Positions 52,187 through 62,494 are shown, numbered from the stretch's first letter. The stretch: 64,000 nucleotides of DNA from Pseudomonadota bacterium (GCA_043825875.1 JBDRRF010000079.1:224353-288352); one strand, 5' to 3'. The notes: a model not told the origin generated them from the letters alone. Made by a program: numbers and translations.

Positions 52187-53706
52187 GCGGCAAGCATGCT
52201 ATTCTGTGTTGCAGCATTTTTCGGCAGGAGATCGAGAAACTTAAGGTGTCCGAGAAATACCCTCATGTTCAAATTGCATTTTTTCCCGGAACATGCGGAA
52301 GACCGCCGGTAGAACTGGACAAGATGAAAAACATTCTGTTGGGGTCGATGGACTATGCTGCGTTAGATGTTCTTGGAAGCCTCTGCGTCACCGAGCCTGA
52401 ACTTCCGGACTATAAATTAAAACCATTTCACATCCATGGCATGCGCAATTGTTTTCACATGATTGCCAATCCGGACCTGGTGGATAAGTATGTCAGCGAA
52501 GGCCGGCACCTGGTAACTCCGGGGTGGTTGTCATCATGGAGGCAGTTTGTCAATGCATGGGGATTTGACCGGCCTACGGCACAAAGCTACTTTGCCGAGT
52601 CAGCCAAGGAAATCCTGATGCTCGATACGGGGGTGGATGATGCGGCATACCTCAACCTTCAGGAATTTTCGGATTTTATCAATAGACCGTTTGAAGCCCT
52701 AACGGTAGGACTTGGCTTTATTGACCTTTTTGTTGCCAATGTCGTCATGCAAAGACAGGTTGAACTATCGTGTAACGAACATCTGAGCCTGCTTGATGAG
52801 AAACAGAAAGAGCTGTCTTATTATGCCATGGCATTTGACCTTTTAAGGACAATCACCAAAGTCAAAAATGAAGATGAGGTGGTCAGTCAGATTACCGATA
52901 TGTTCAATATGCTTTTTGCGCCCCGCACTATTACATATAAAAAAGAGGAGCCAGATATTTCTCCTGCCACAGATGCGGTCATCCGCAGCGAAAAGGGCTT
53001 TGTTTTGCCGATTTCTGCAAACGGAAGATTGATGGGCAGGTTTGAACTGGATGGCCTGCAATTTCCGGAATACATGGACAGATACCTGATCCTATCTTCA
53101 GGCTTGATGGATGTCTGTGGGATGGCCTTAGAGAACGCCAGATACTACCAGGAGATCAAAGACCTTTCTGAAATAGACGGACTAACCGGCATAGCAAACC
53201 GCCGCAGGTTCGATCAGTGTATTGAGCAGGAATGGAAGCGCATGGAGCGGGAACGGCAACCTCTGTCAGTTATTATGTGTGATGTGGATGATTTCAAGCT
53301 GTATAACGACACTTACGGCCATCAAGCGGGTGATGATTGTTTGCGTAAGGTGGCTACAGATCTTTCCTCCAATTGCAAGCGGCCCGGTGATTTGGTTGCG
53401 CGCTACGGAGGTGAAGAGTTCGTGCTTTTGCTGCCGGATACGCCGGAAGAGGGGGCTTTCCAACTGGCAGAAAACATTCGGCACTCGATCGAAAAGCTGG
53501 GCATCCCCCATGCCAATTCGCAGGTCAGCCCATGGATTACGTTAAGCCTGGGTGTGGCCTGCTGTATGCATACTTCCCATTTATCTGCGCAATCGCTGCT
53601 TCTGTCAGCGGACCAGGCGCTTTATGCGGCCAAGTCAACCGGGAGAAACCGCACTGTGGTGAAACAACTTAAAGAAGACGGACCACAGTCCTTTCCACTT
53701 TTATAG
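52183..53706 (+). CDS. DUF1638-like domain plus GAF-like linker plus GGDEF diguanylate cyclase
   Basis: N-terminal CCSIF, C, GSLC, NCFHM, TPGWL, LDTG; DGLTG, ND.YGH..GD, RPGD I-site, GGEEF. Confidence 0.9.
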   Translation: MSGKHAILCCSIFRQEIEKLKVSEKYPHVQIAFFPGTCGRPPVELDKMKNILLGSMDYAALDVLGSLCVTEPELPDYKLKPFHIHGMRNCFHMIANPDLVDKYVSEGRHLVTPGWLSSWRQFVNAWGFDRPTAQSYFAESAKEILMLDTGVDDAAYLNLQEFSDFINRPFEALTVGLGFIDLFVANVVMQRQVELSCNEHLSLLDEKQKELSYYAMAFDLLRTITKVKNEDEVVSQITDMFNMLFAPRTITYKKEEPDISPATDAVIRSEKGFVLPISANGRLMGRFELDGLQFPEYMDRYLILSSGLMDVCGMALENARYYQEIKDLSEIDGLTGIANRRRFDQCIEQEWKRMERERQPLSVIMCDVDDFKLYNDTYGHQAGDDCLRKVATDLSSNCKRPGDLVARYGGEEFVLLLPDTPEEGAFQLAENIRHSIEKLGIPHANSQVSPWITLSLGVACCMHTSHLSAQSLLLSADQALYAAKSTGRNRTVVKQLKEDGPQSFPLL

Positions 53707-53893
53707 AAAAGCGTAGAAAAGACTGTAGGGAAAAGAAGACAAGCTACACTTTCGAGATCTTGGTCAGTCAAATGAGCCCAACTTTCCAACCAGTCCGTCA
53801 ACCCGTTAAACGGGTTACATCCGCGTTGGCCAGATGCAATATGTAATGAATTAGCTTTTTATTCAATTATTTTAAAGACAGGAGGGCAATACA

Positions 53894-56800
53894 ATGTACA
53901 AGCAAATACTAGTCTTCTTTATTGGGATTCTGCTTTTAACTTGTCCTACCCCTGCATTCGCACAGGAAGTTCTTTACACCGAAGATTTTAAAGCTGGAGT
54001 GGTCGAAGGTTGGGAATTAGAGCCAGGCTGGAGAGTGGAACAAAAGGAAGGTAATTTTATCCTAAACGGAGAAGGGCATAATTGGGCAAGGCTGCAAAGA
54101 GGTCAGGACTGGGCCGATTATGCCTTCCGATCTCGCCTTAAGGTTATCAGAGGAGGAATTCATCTAAATTATCGCGTTAGCGAGAAGGGAAGATATTTCA
54201 TTGGTTTCAGTGAGGAGGGACTCTATCTGAACAAGGAAACGCCATGGGGGAAATTCTTTGAACTATCCAGAAGCGATGCGCGCATTGGCATTAACACTTG
54301 GCATGACATCGAGATCCGGGGCAAGGGTGGGCATCTTCAAGTCTATTTAGATGGTAAGCTGGAAATAGACTTTACTGACAATGCTCCTATCACACAGGGC
54401 AGTATCGCTTTTGAAACTCTCGAAGAATCTTATGCCCAGGTAGATAATGTTGAAAGCGCTAGTATTTCTACCGTCATTTCCGAAACAGATGGTGCAATTA
54501 ATTTGGATTTGATAAACATAGGAGAGCTGTGGATAGAAGGTTTGAAGCTTGCTGTTGGTGAGCAGGCCCAAGAGTTATTTTCATCTGCCGAGGATGTTTA
54601 TCATAAAGCTATTTTACAGATAGAAAAAGGGGCAGTAGATGAAGCTGAACACCTTGTAAAGGAGGCTGAAGCTATCTATCGCGAGGCAATCATAATAGGG
54701 TTGCGGCAGGGACTGTTAGAGATAACGGAAAAGAACTTAAAGGAGGGCAATACAAATATTACTCTTGATAATCTTGAAAAATCAAGACAGTTACATATAC
54801 AAGCAAGTGATAGAAATATAAGCACAAAAGAGTTTTTGAAGTTGCTTAAAAAAATACAATGGGAACTTGCCAGTATGACATATCCGGATTTAAAAGTCGA
54901 ATTATGGACTGTACCTGAAAGTCAGAAGAAATTAAGCCATAAAAAATGGATTTCTCCTTATCCTCCTACACCGGATCAACCTGCAATCATTTCTATAATT
55001 GTTAAGAATATCGGCTTAGAGCCTGTTGATAAAAAATTTAACATTGAACTTTATGTAGATAAAAAACTAGAAAAGACCTGGACATGGTCACCTATCTTAG
55101 AAATGGAGGATGACTATCATAAAAAGAACCTGATGATGCCCGGCGAAACACAGGTATATGAATTTGCCAAAAAGTTTTCAGCGGGAAAACATACCTTCCA
55201 TTGGAAAGTAGACACGAAAAACAATATTTCTGAAAGCGATGAAAGTAAAAAAAGCAATGAGTTGGAAGCGACAGCAATTTGGGTTGCCCCATCTGATCTC
55301 CCGGATTTGATCGTCAAAGATATCACTCATGCTGATGAGCTGATTGTTGGGCAAGACACTAAATGGAAAATCACAATTATGAACAACGGGAAAACGGATG
55401 TTGATTCTCCTTTCTTAACTACTTTGGATACAGGTGGCGTACAGTTTGGATCATTTTGGCTAAACTCTCTTGCCGCAGGCGCTTTGAAAACCTTTGAGAC
55501 AAAACAGTCCTCCAGCGTAGCCGGTACAGAGTCTATAACAGGCACCGTTGATGTTGGCGGTGTTATACCCGAAACAAATGAGGCTAATAACAAGAAAGTA
55601 ATCCCGTTTACTACATCATACGTGGACTTAGAAGTGGGTAATGTTATTGTGAAAACAAATAAATCCGCTATCCATGAGCCTGTAACGATTTCGTTTCAAA
55701 TAAAAAACAATGGTCCCGGAAATATTACCAAACCTTTTAAAATAGGTGTCTTTCCAGGCAAAGTGTTGCAAGGCAAGACTCAGGCAACTTCATTTACATT
55801 CCCTAAGAATAAGCTACCATTGAAGGCTGGAGCATCAATCGATCTCGAACAAAAAGTTCTTTTGTCCTATCCCGGAAATTACCAAGCTTGGGTTATGGCA
55901 GATTTCCCTGACCCGGATTTCGTTTATAATGAAAAAGATAAGGGCAATAATACAAAAACCAGCAAGGGCTTTTCTTTAAAGGAAACTTATTATGTTAAAA
56001 TTGATAAGATTGAATATACTTCCTCATGTAAAAACGGATTTAAGGTATGGCTGGACCGTTCAGGTGGATATTGGAAAGGAGATGTAGTATTAAAGCTTTT
56101 CTATAACGGTAAGTTGAAAAGTGAAAAAGACTTACCTCCAGGTGAAAGCAAAGCATACTTTAAGGAAAATACTTTTGATGTAGGTTTTGCCGATAATAAA
56201 GAGCTGAAAATATACAACGGTACCTTAGAGACACATGCAAAGGTGGGTGGCCAACTTATACAATCAAGCTCACCTGCAAAAGTAATTGATGTATGGGATT
56301 GGCCCCAACCCAAAATCAATTCTATTTCTCCTGATTATGCATTGCGGGGGCAAAAGAATAATATAACCATTAATGGGAAGGATCTTACAACGCCAAAGGG
56401 TTTGACCAATGTTACTATTGCGCATATGCAACCAGGAGCTTTATATCCGGACAAAGAAGTGACAGAAAAAGTATTGAAAACATCCTCCTCAGTTGTAGTA
56501 ACTGAATTAGATGTTTCTAATAGTGCGCAACTCGGCAAGAGAGGCCTTTGGTTAGATGCTTGTTCATATGCAGATTGTAGAGATTGCTTTGAGATAGTAT
56601 CACAGCCACCTTCTCCAACAAAACCATCAGAGCCTAAAAAGCCGCCGGTATGCAATAAACCCGATCTTTTTTTTCTTGGTTCTGTTTGGCTTGAACCAAC
56701 CAACAACCCGTCTCCGGGTCAAAAATTTACATTCTATTCCACCTTGATAAACATAGGTAATGCATTAGCGCCAGCCTCTAAAGCAAAGGTTATATTAACC

Positions 56801-57013
56801 GGTGGAGGAAAAGAATTGAAATCAAAAATCATAACCATTCCCACGCTAAAGGCTAAACAGCCGTATAAAGTTAGCTGGGCCTTTAATAACGGTCTCCCAA
56901 AAGGTAAATATACTTTTGGTTATTATAATATTACAATAACTCTTGATTATAATAAAGCTATTCAAGAATGTAATGAAAACAATTGGACTGACATCTCCTT
57001 CGGTGTTTATTAA
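53894..57013 (+). CDS. Large secreted protein: DUF1080-like beta-sandwich, several CARDB repeats, IPT/TIG domain
   Basis: Signal peptide PAFA/Q; W.DY.F, NTWHDIEI..KG; repeated PDL...N.G...E..E.NN CARDB signatures; PKINSISP. Confidence 0.8.
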   Translation: MYKQILVFFIGILLLTCPTPAFAQEVLYTEDFKAGVVEGWELEPGWRVEQKEGNFILNGEGHNWARLQRGQDWADYAFRSRLKVIRGGIHLNYRVSEKGRYFIGFSEEGLYLNKETPWGKFFELSRSDARIGINTWHDIEIRGKGGHLQVYLDGKLEIDFTDNAPITQGSIAFETLEESYAQVDNVESASISTVISETDGAINLDLINIGELWIEGLKLAVGEQAQELFSSAEDVYHKAILQIEKGAVDEAEHLVKEAEAIYREAIIIGLRQGLLEITEKNLKEGNTNITLDNLEKSRQLHIQASDRNISTKEFLKLLKKIQWELASMTYPDLKVELWTVPESQKKLSHKKWISPYPPTPDQPAIISIIVKNIGLEPVDKKFNIELYVDKKLEKTWTWSPILEMEDDYHKKNLMMPGETQVYEFAKKFSAGKHTFHWKVDTKNNISESDESKKSNELEATAIWVAPSDLPDLIVKDITHADELIVGQDTKWKITIMNNGKTDVDSPFLTTLDTGGVQFGSFWLNSLAAGALKTFETKQSSSVAGTESITGTVDVGGVIPETNEANNKKVIPFTTSYVDLEVGNVIVKTNKSAIHEPVTISFQIKNNGPGNITKPFKIGVFPGKVLQGKTQATSFTFPKNKLPLKAGASIDLEQKVLLSYPGNYQAWVMADFPDPDFVYNEKDKGNNTKTSKGFSLKETYYVKIDKIEYTSSCKNGFKVWLDRSGGYWKGDVVLKLFYNGKLKSEKDLPPGESKAYFKENTFDVGFADNKELKIYNGTLETHAKVGGQLIQSSSPAKVIDVWDWPQPKINSISPDYALRGQKNNITINGKDLTTPKGLTNVTIAHMQPGALYPDKEVTEKVLKTSSSVVVTELDVSNSAQLGKRGLWLDACSYADCRDCFEIVSQPPSPTKPSEPKKPPVCNKPDLFFLGSVWLEPTNNPSPGQKFTFYSTLINIGNALAPASKAKVILTGGGKELKSKIITIPTLKAKQPYKVSWAFNNGLPKGKYTFGYYNITITLDYNKAIQECNENNWTDISFGVY

Positions 57014-57080
57014 CTAAACCTTAATTTGGAGATATACTGGTCAGTACAATAACTTGTTGGGGCATCAGGAGGTCAATAAG

Positions 57081-57305
57081 ATGGGAGGAGCAGCTGCAAT
57101 TATTAAAGGAAAAGTTGCAAATCGGCTATTGCAAACAAGGCCGGTGAAGCGTGGTCTGATTGGTCGGCTTCTAAAGAAAGACAAGTTTGTAAAACCAAAA
57201 GAGATAGAATTAGGTGATGGTCGATTTATGACGGAAGTCCCGTCCGATGACTTCGCCCATCTTGCGAATGAATTTGTGGAAAAATGGGGTCAGGTCTACA
57301 TTTGA
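57081..57305 (+). CDS. Small hypothetical protein (74 aa), possibly truncated
   Basis: AGGAGG RBS then ATG at 57081; the stop lies within a GGGGTCAG motif. Confidence 0.5.
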   Translation: MGGAAAIIKGKVANRLLQTRPVKRGLIGRLLKKDKFVKPKEIELGDGRFMTEVPSDDFAHLANEFVEKWGQVYI

Positions 57306-57323
57306 CCTTTAAGGAATTATTGT

Positions 57324-59114
57324 ATGAGCGATAAATCAGGCAAAACACCCGTTGTGCTGGTGGGACCCGTGGGAGATCACTACGGCATGCCCTCCATTGC
57401 CGTTAGCCTTTTGAAAGCCTCCCTGGAAACCCGTGGTATTGGCTGCCGGGCGATATACGCCAATCTTGTGTTTTATGATATTTTCGGTAACGATTTTTTC
57501 AATAACAACAGTCTGACCGGAATCAGCCTTCTATTCCTTGAACGCCTTTTTGCACCCATGGCCCACGGCGATCTCATGCCATATGATTTAACTTCCCTGA
57601 CGGGACATGGCATTAGCGATTCCCCTGAAATATTTTACGATGTTCTGATGGGAGAACGCACGCCGGTATCCCGGGCGCTGGCACGGGAAGCGAATCGGAT
57701 GGCAACGTTGTTTCTTCAAAGAATGACGGAAAAAATTGTTGCACAGAGCCCTATAATCGTAGGATTCTCCTCGACGTTCCATACCACCAATTCCATTCTC
57801 GCCATGGTCCGATATGTCAAAATGCACCTCCCCGATGCTCTTTGTGTAGTGGGCGGCAATAATTGCGAAGGCGAAATGGGCATTGAATTGGGAAAGCTCT
57901 CCAAGGATATAGATTATATTTTCCAGGGAGAGGCGGATTTCGCCTTTGCCAGTTTTTGCCGCGATTACCTCGATAAAGAAAAACTTCCTCAGGATAAAAT
58001 CATAGCCTGCCCTCCTATATTGGACCTGAACACCCTTCCATCGCCCGATTACCAGGATTTTTTCCATCAATGGACTCTCCCCCACGAGCACATATTTCTC
58101 ACATTCGAAAGCTCCAGAGGTTGCTGGTGGGGCCACAAGCACCAATGCAAATTTTGTGGGGAAAGCGCCCTTGACCTGCCCTACCGGGTGCGCGCCCCCG
58201 AACGGGTCATCTCTGAGTTGGAAAAGTTTCAGGAATACTACCCTGGTGTGAAAACTTACATGGCCTCCGATTCAATTTTCCCCTACAGCTATTTTAAAAC
58301 TTTTTTGCCCCAATTGATCGAGAGCCGGTTCACGGGAAAATTGATCTACGAAACCAAGGCTAACCTGCGCCGGTCCCAGGTTGAGCTGCTTTGCCGGGCA
58401 GGCGTGATTCGCATCATGCCCGGCATCGAATCGCTCTCCACCCGTCTTTTAAAATTACTCAATAAGGGAAGCACAACCATTATCAATATTCGCCTGTTGA
58501 GGCATTGCAGAGAATTGGATATGGATGTGGCCTGGCTCTTGTTGATGGGGATTCCCGGAGACAAACTCGAAGATTATGAGGCCCAGGTATCCCTCATCCC
58601 CTTCCTTCAACACCTCTCGCCCCCGGGCATCGAACCGGTGCGGATTCCAAGAAACAGCCCGTATTTCAAAGAGGGGCATAAATACGATGTCTGCAACCTT
58701 ACTGCGCTTCGGGCATACCGGCACGCCTTTCCCGCCAAAACGGATTTTTTTTCCATAGCTTATTTTTTTACTGCGGATTTTCCGTCCGAAGCGCGTGAAT
58801 GCCCCGAAAAAATGCGAACTTTTGTGGAATGTATTCGAAAATGGCAGACGCGGTGGACCCATGAAAAATTCCCGGAGCTGATCCTCCGCCAGTTGCCGAA
58901 TAAAGAGTGGGAATTGACCGATACAAGGGACTGTGCGTTGACACCCCGGCATATCATCAGCCAGGGCGAACAAGATCTATTGAGACGATGTGTCTGGGGA
59001 TTACCCGTGGAAAAAGCAAGACTCGATCCTGCATATAAAATATGTATCAAAGCTGGCTACATTGTCGAAGTCGATCAAAAAGCCCTGTCCGTCGTGTGCC
59101 GTACATCAGGATAA
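57324..59114 (+). CDS. B12-binding radical SAM protein of the RiPP maturation rSAM_ocin_1 type
   Basis: MPSIAVSLLKA, VGFSSTF, GGNNCEGEMG, ESSRGCWWG.KH.C.FCG, YETKANL, PGIESLS. Confidence 0.88.
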   Translation: MSDKSGKTPVVLVGPVGDHYGMPSIAVSLLKASLETRGIGCRAIYANLVFYDIFGNDFFNNNSLTGISLLFLERLFAPMAHGDLMPYDLTSLTGHGISDSPEIFYDVLMGERTPVSRALAREANRMATLFLQRMTEKIVAQSPIIVGFSSTFHTTNSILAMVRYVKMHLPDALCVVGGNNCEGEMGIELGKLSKDIDYIFQGEADFAFASFCRDYLDKEKLPQDKIIACPPILDLNTLPSPDYQDFFHQWTLPHEHIFLTFESSRGCWWGHKHQCKFCGESALDLPYRVRAPERVISELEKFQEYYPGVKTYMASDSIFPYSYFKTFLPQLIESRFTGKLIYETKANLRRSQVELLCRAGVIRIMPGIESLSTRLLKLLNKGSTTIINIRLLRHCRELDMDVAWLLLMGIPGDKLEDYEAQVSLIPFLQHLSPPGIEPVRIPRNSPYFKEGHKYDVCNLTALRAYRHAFPAKTDFFSIAYFFTADFPSEARECPEKMRTFVECIRKWQTRWTHEKFPELILRQLPNKEWELTDTRDCALTPRHIISQGEQDLLRRCVWGLPVEKARLDPAYKICIKAGYIVEVDQKALSVVCRTSG

Positions 59115-59308
59115 CCGGTGCACTTAATCCCTCGAACGGCAGTGGGATCAGCCCTTGACATAGGACAATTTATCAAGAAGACATGAGGAAGAAGACATTA
59201 GAGACAAGAGACATTAGGGTCTGCTTTGGTAGTATCCGGGTATTTATATATTGATAAGATTTTAAAATTGACTAACATCATGTTGATACAAATTGGAATT
59301 TATGTGTA

Positions 59309-60673
59309 ATGAAATTTCCCATGCGAAAAATACAATTTAATACTCTGATCTGTATTTTAGTAATCTGTCTTATTTCATGCAGTAACGATACTAAAAATTT
59401 ACCATTTTTTTCTTATATCAATTCTCCGCGCCCTTCTCACGAAACAAGAATCTTTGATAATGCCAATCTGATTAAATACAAAAACAGCCTGGATTCTCAT
59501 TTAAATACTTTATACAGGCTTGCAGATATTGACATGGTGGTTGTTACACTACCAAAACTTCAGGGTAACGATATCTCCGATATAACTGCCAAGTTGCTTA
59601 CAAACTGGAAAATCGGAGAAAATACAAAAGGATTAAAGGGTATATTATTTATTCTCAGCGTAGAAGAAGAACTAGTTAGATTTGAGATTGGCTATGATCT
59701 TGAATGGATCTTTCCGGATAGTTTTGTAGGTTATATAGAAAGAGAACAAATGGCACCCTTTTTTAAAGCAGGCCGGGTTCAGGATGGAATTGCAGCAACG
59801 CTGGAAATGATCATTGCCAGGGCAAATGAAAAAATCGATGAACAGTCATATGATCCTAATGTGAATAAAAATAATTTACCTGCCAATTACTATTCCGGCG
59901 GTGGGGGAGCCAACCAAAAAATTCAGATAAAAGAAATTACGATCCCCGACAAAGCCAATTACCCTGACGATATTAAATCTCTTTTTGTTCCCCAGCCCAC
60001 ACCCGAAGAAGCTTATCTGTTAGATATTGAAAAATGCAAACGGCGTATCAGAGGATATGACTTTGATTTGTACACAGATGAAACTCGTGCAATAAGCAAA
60101 AAGTTGATGTTCACAAATGCACAGATGGACAATGAAGTAAAAGATACCCAAGGAAAGACATTTAAGGTTTTCACCAGGGGTGAATTAGCCATTATTGTTT
60201 TTGAACCAAAACACAAAAATTGTCCTCCTATTTATCTGGAAAGAAATAATAATGGATGGCAATTGGATATTGCAACTATGTCCAAGACAATCCATTTTGA
60301 CATGCGAAACCGCGCACATATGGGAAAAAGCAAATATCTGCCACTATTTAAGGAAAATGGATATACCTTTGGTGTAAATGGTTTTTTGTATTACAAGCAG
60401 CAGGCGCCAGCTTGCCTTGGTATAAATTCGTGGTCCGGTTCGACAAAGACAGCGACAATAAATTCCCTTGTAGATGATGGCCCGGGCGATAAAGCCGGCT
60501 TAAAACCCGGTGATACTATTATCAAGGTAGGAGATACTGATATTTTAAGCACTCGCGAGATTGTAAAAGCTGAAAACAAATATAAGATTGGGGATACGGT
60601 AGTCGTAAAAGTAAAACGCGGGGCCTGGACAAAAAAATTCAATGTCGTACTTGAAGCTTATAATCCATATTGA
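59309..60673 (+). CDS. Lipoprotein with TPM domain and C-terminal PDZ domain
   Basis: Lipobox LISC; IFDNANL, WKIG, RFEIGYDLE, SGGGGA; PGDKAGLKPGD. Confidence 0.85.
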   Translation: MKFPMRKIQFNTLICILVICLISCSNDTKNLPFFSYINSPRPSHETRIFDNANLIKYKNSLDSHLNTLYRLADIDMVVVTLPKLQGNDISDITAKLLTNWKIGENTKGLKGILFILSVEEELVRFEIGYDLEWIFPDSFVGYIEREQMAPFFKAGRVQDGIAATLEMIIARANEKIDEQSYDPNVNKNNLPANYYSGGGGANQKIQIKEITIPDKANYPDDIKSLFVPQPTPEEAYLLDIEKCKRRIRGYDFDLYTDETRAISKKLMFTNAQMDNEVKDTQGKTFKVFTRGELAIIVFEPKHKNCPPIYLERNNNGWQLDIATMSKTIHFDMRNRAHMGKSKYLPLFKENGYTFGVNGFLYYKQQAPACLGINSWSGSTKTATINSLVDDGPGDKAGLKPGDTIIKVGDTDILSTREIVKAENKYKIGDTVVVKVKRGAWTKKFNVVLEAYNPY

Positions 60674-60841
60674 ATTGGAGTATCTGGGACGCACTTTATA
60701 TATGTAGTTTATGGTCTAAATATCTAATATTATTAAGAGTAAGAACTCTGCTTAACTATATATTTTCCTGTTTGTAAATGTCATTTATTATCGTGTCCCA
60801 TCTCTCCCCTGTTTTACAACTCCAGCATTTGAAACCGTTTG

Positions 60842-62467
60842 CTAAGCGGCCTTTAGAATCATGGCTTCACGGGTTTGTGCAACTTCCGTGCTTTCAATAT
60901 ACTCGTCAAAAGTCATGAGCCGATCGATAACACCGCCGGGGGTAATCTCGATAATCCGGTTTACTACTGTATTCAAGAACTCGTGGTCATGGGAAGTAAA
61001 AAGAATCACCTCCTGGAAATTGAGCAGGCTGTTATTTAAGGACGTGATCGATTCCAGATCAAGGTGGTTGGTAGGTTCATCCAGCATAAGAACATTTGAT
61101 TCGGAAAGCATCATCCGTGAGAGCATGCAACGAACCTTTTCACCACCGGAAAGAACGCTGATTTTTTTAACAGCCTCTTCTCCGGAAAAGAGCATCCGTC
61201 CCAAAAATGTCCGGGCAAAGCTCTCGCCCTCTGTGGGGGGAGCGTACTGCAGGAGCCACTCTATAAGGTTCCGGTCGCCGTTGAAATAGGTACTGTGTTC
61301 CTTTGGAAAATAAGAGTGGGTAATGGTAAGTCCCCAACAGAAAGTACCACTGTCCGCTTCCATCTCCCCGGCCAGAATTTGGAAAAGGGTGGTCTTGGCC
61401 AAACTGTTTCCACCCATAAAGGCGATCTTATCCCCGCTGTTTACAGTAAAACTCACGTTGTTCAGTACTTTTTCACCATCGATGGTCTTTGTGAGTCCTT
61501 CCACTTCAAGAATCACGTTGCCACAGGGTCGTTCAGGCTTGAAGCAAATAAACGGGTATTTTCTTGATGACACCGGCATGTCTTCAATGGTTAGTTTCTC
61601 CAGGAGTTTCTTTCGGGAAGTGGCCTGCTTCGATTTGGATGCATTTGAACTGAACCGCTGGATAAAAGCCTTCAGTTCATTGGCCCGGTCAGTACTCTTC
61701 TTGTTTTCCGCATATTTCTGCTTCAGGTTCAGCTGGCTGGCCTGATACCAGAAATCATAGTTTCCCACGTATACCGAGATCTTGCCAAAATCGATATCAG
61801 CAATGTGGGTACACACCTGGTTCATGAAATAACGGTCGTGTGATACCACGATTACGGTGTTCTGAAACCTGTAGAGAAATTCCTCAAGCCAGGCAATAGA
61901 CTTGATGTCAAGGTTGTTGGTAGGCTCATCTAAAAGCAGGATATCCGGGTTTCCGAACAAAGCCTGGGCAAGGAGCACCCGCACCTTTTCCCCGCCCTCG
62001 AGTTCCTTCATCTTTTTTTGATGCATCTCTTCGGAGATTGCCAAACTTTTTAGAAGAACAGCCGCTTCAGACTCTGCTTCATAGCCATTCATCTCCTCTA
62101 ATTCGCACTCAAGCTCACTTGACCTGACTCCATCCTCTTCGGAGAAGTCTGGCTTTGCATAAAGAGAATCTCTTTCCGTCAAAATATCGTACAGCTTTTT
62201 ATGGCCCATAATCACAGTGTTTAAAACCGTCTCTTCGTCAAAGGCAAAATGGTCCTGCCTTAAAACCGCGATCCGCTCTCTGGATCCCACGGAAACGGTT
62301 CCAGAGTCCGATTCGATATCTCCGGATAGAATTTTTAAAAATGTGGACTTTCCTGCGCCATTGGCTCCGATGAGACCGTAACAGTTGCCCGGTGTAAACT
62401 TCATATTAACATCTTTGAACAGAATTCTCTTGCCGTAGGCGAGGGTGACGTTGGTTGCGCAAATCAT
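60842..62467 (-). CDS. ABC-F family ATPase (YbiT-like)
   Basis: GANGAGKST, two ABC domains with LLDEPTN, linker SKQATSR, no TM segments. Confidence 0.92.
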   Translation of the reverse strand: MICATNVTLAYGKRILFKDVNMKFTPGNCYGLIGANGAGKSTFLKILSGDIESDSGTVSVGSRERIAVLRQDHFAFDEETVLNTVIMGHKKLYDILTERDSLYAKPDFSEEDGVRSSELECELEEMNGYEAESEAAVLLKSLAISEEMHQKKMKELEGGEKVRVLLAQALFGNPDILLLDEPTNNLDIKSIAWLEEFLYRFQNTVIVVSHDRYFMNQVCTHIADIDFGKISVYVGNYDFWYQASQLNLKQKYAENKKSTDRANELKAFIQRFSSNASKSKQATSRKKLLEKLTIEDMPVSSRKYPFICFKPERPCGNVILEVEGLTKTIDGEKVLNNVSFTVNSGDKIAFMGGNSLAKTTLFQILAGEMEADSGTFCWGLTITHSYFPKEHSTYFNGDRNLIEWLLQYAPPTEGESFARTFLGRMLFSGEEAVKKISVLSGGEKVRCMLSRMMLSESNVLMLDEPTNHLDLESITSLNNSLLNFQEVILFTSHDHEFLNTVVNRIIEITPGGVIDRLMTFDEYIESTEVAQTREAMILKAA

Positions 62468-62494
62468 TATTGTTTTGTTTCCTTTTCATTAAAT

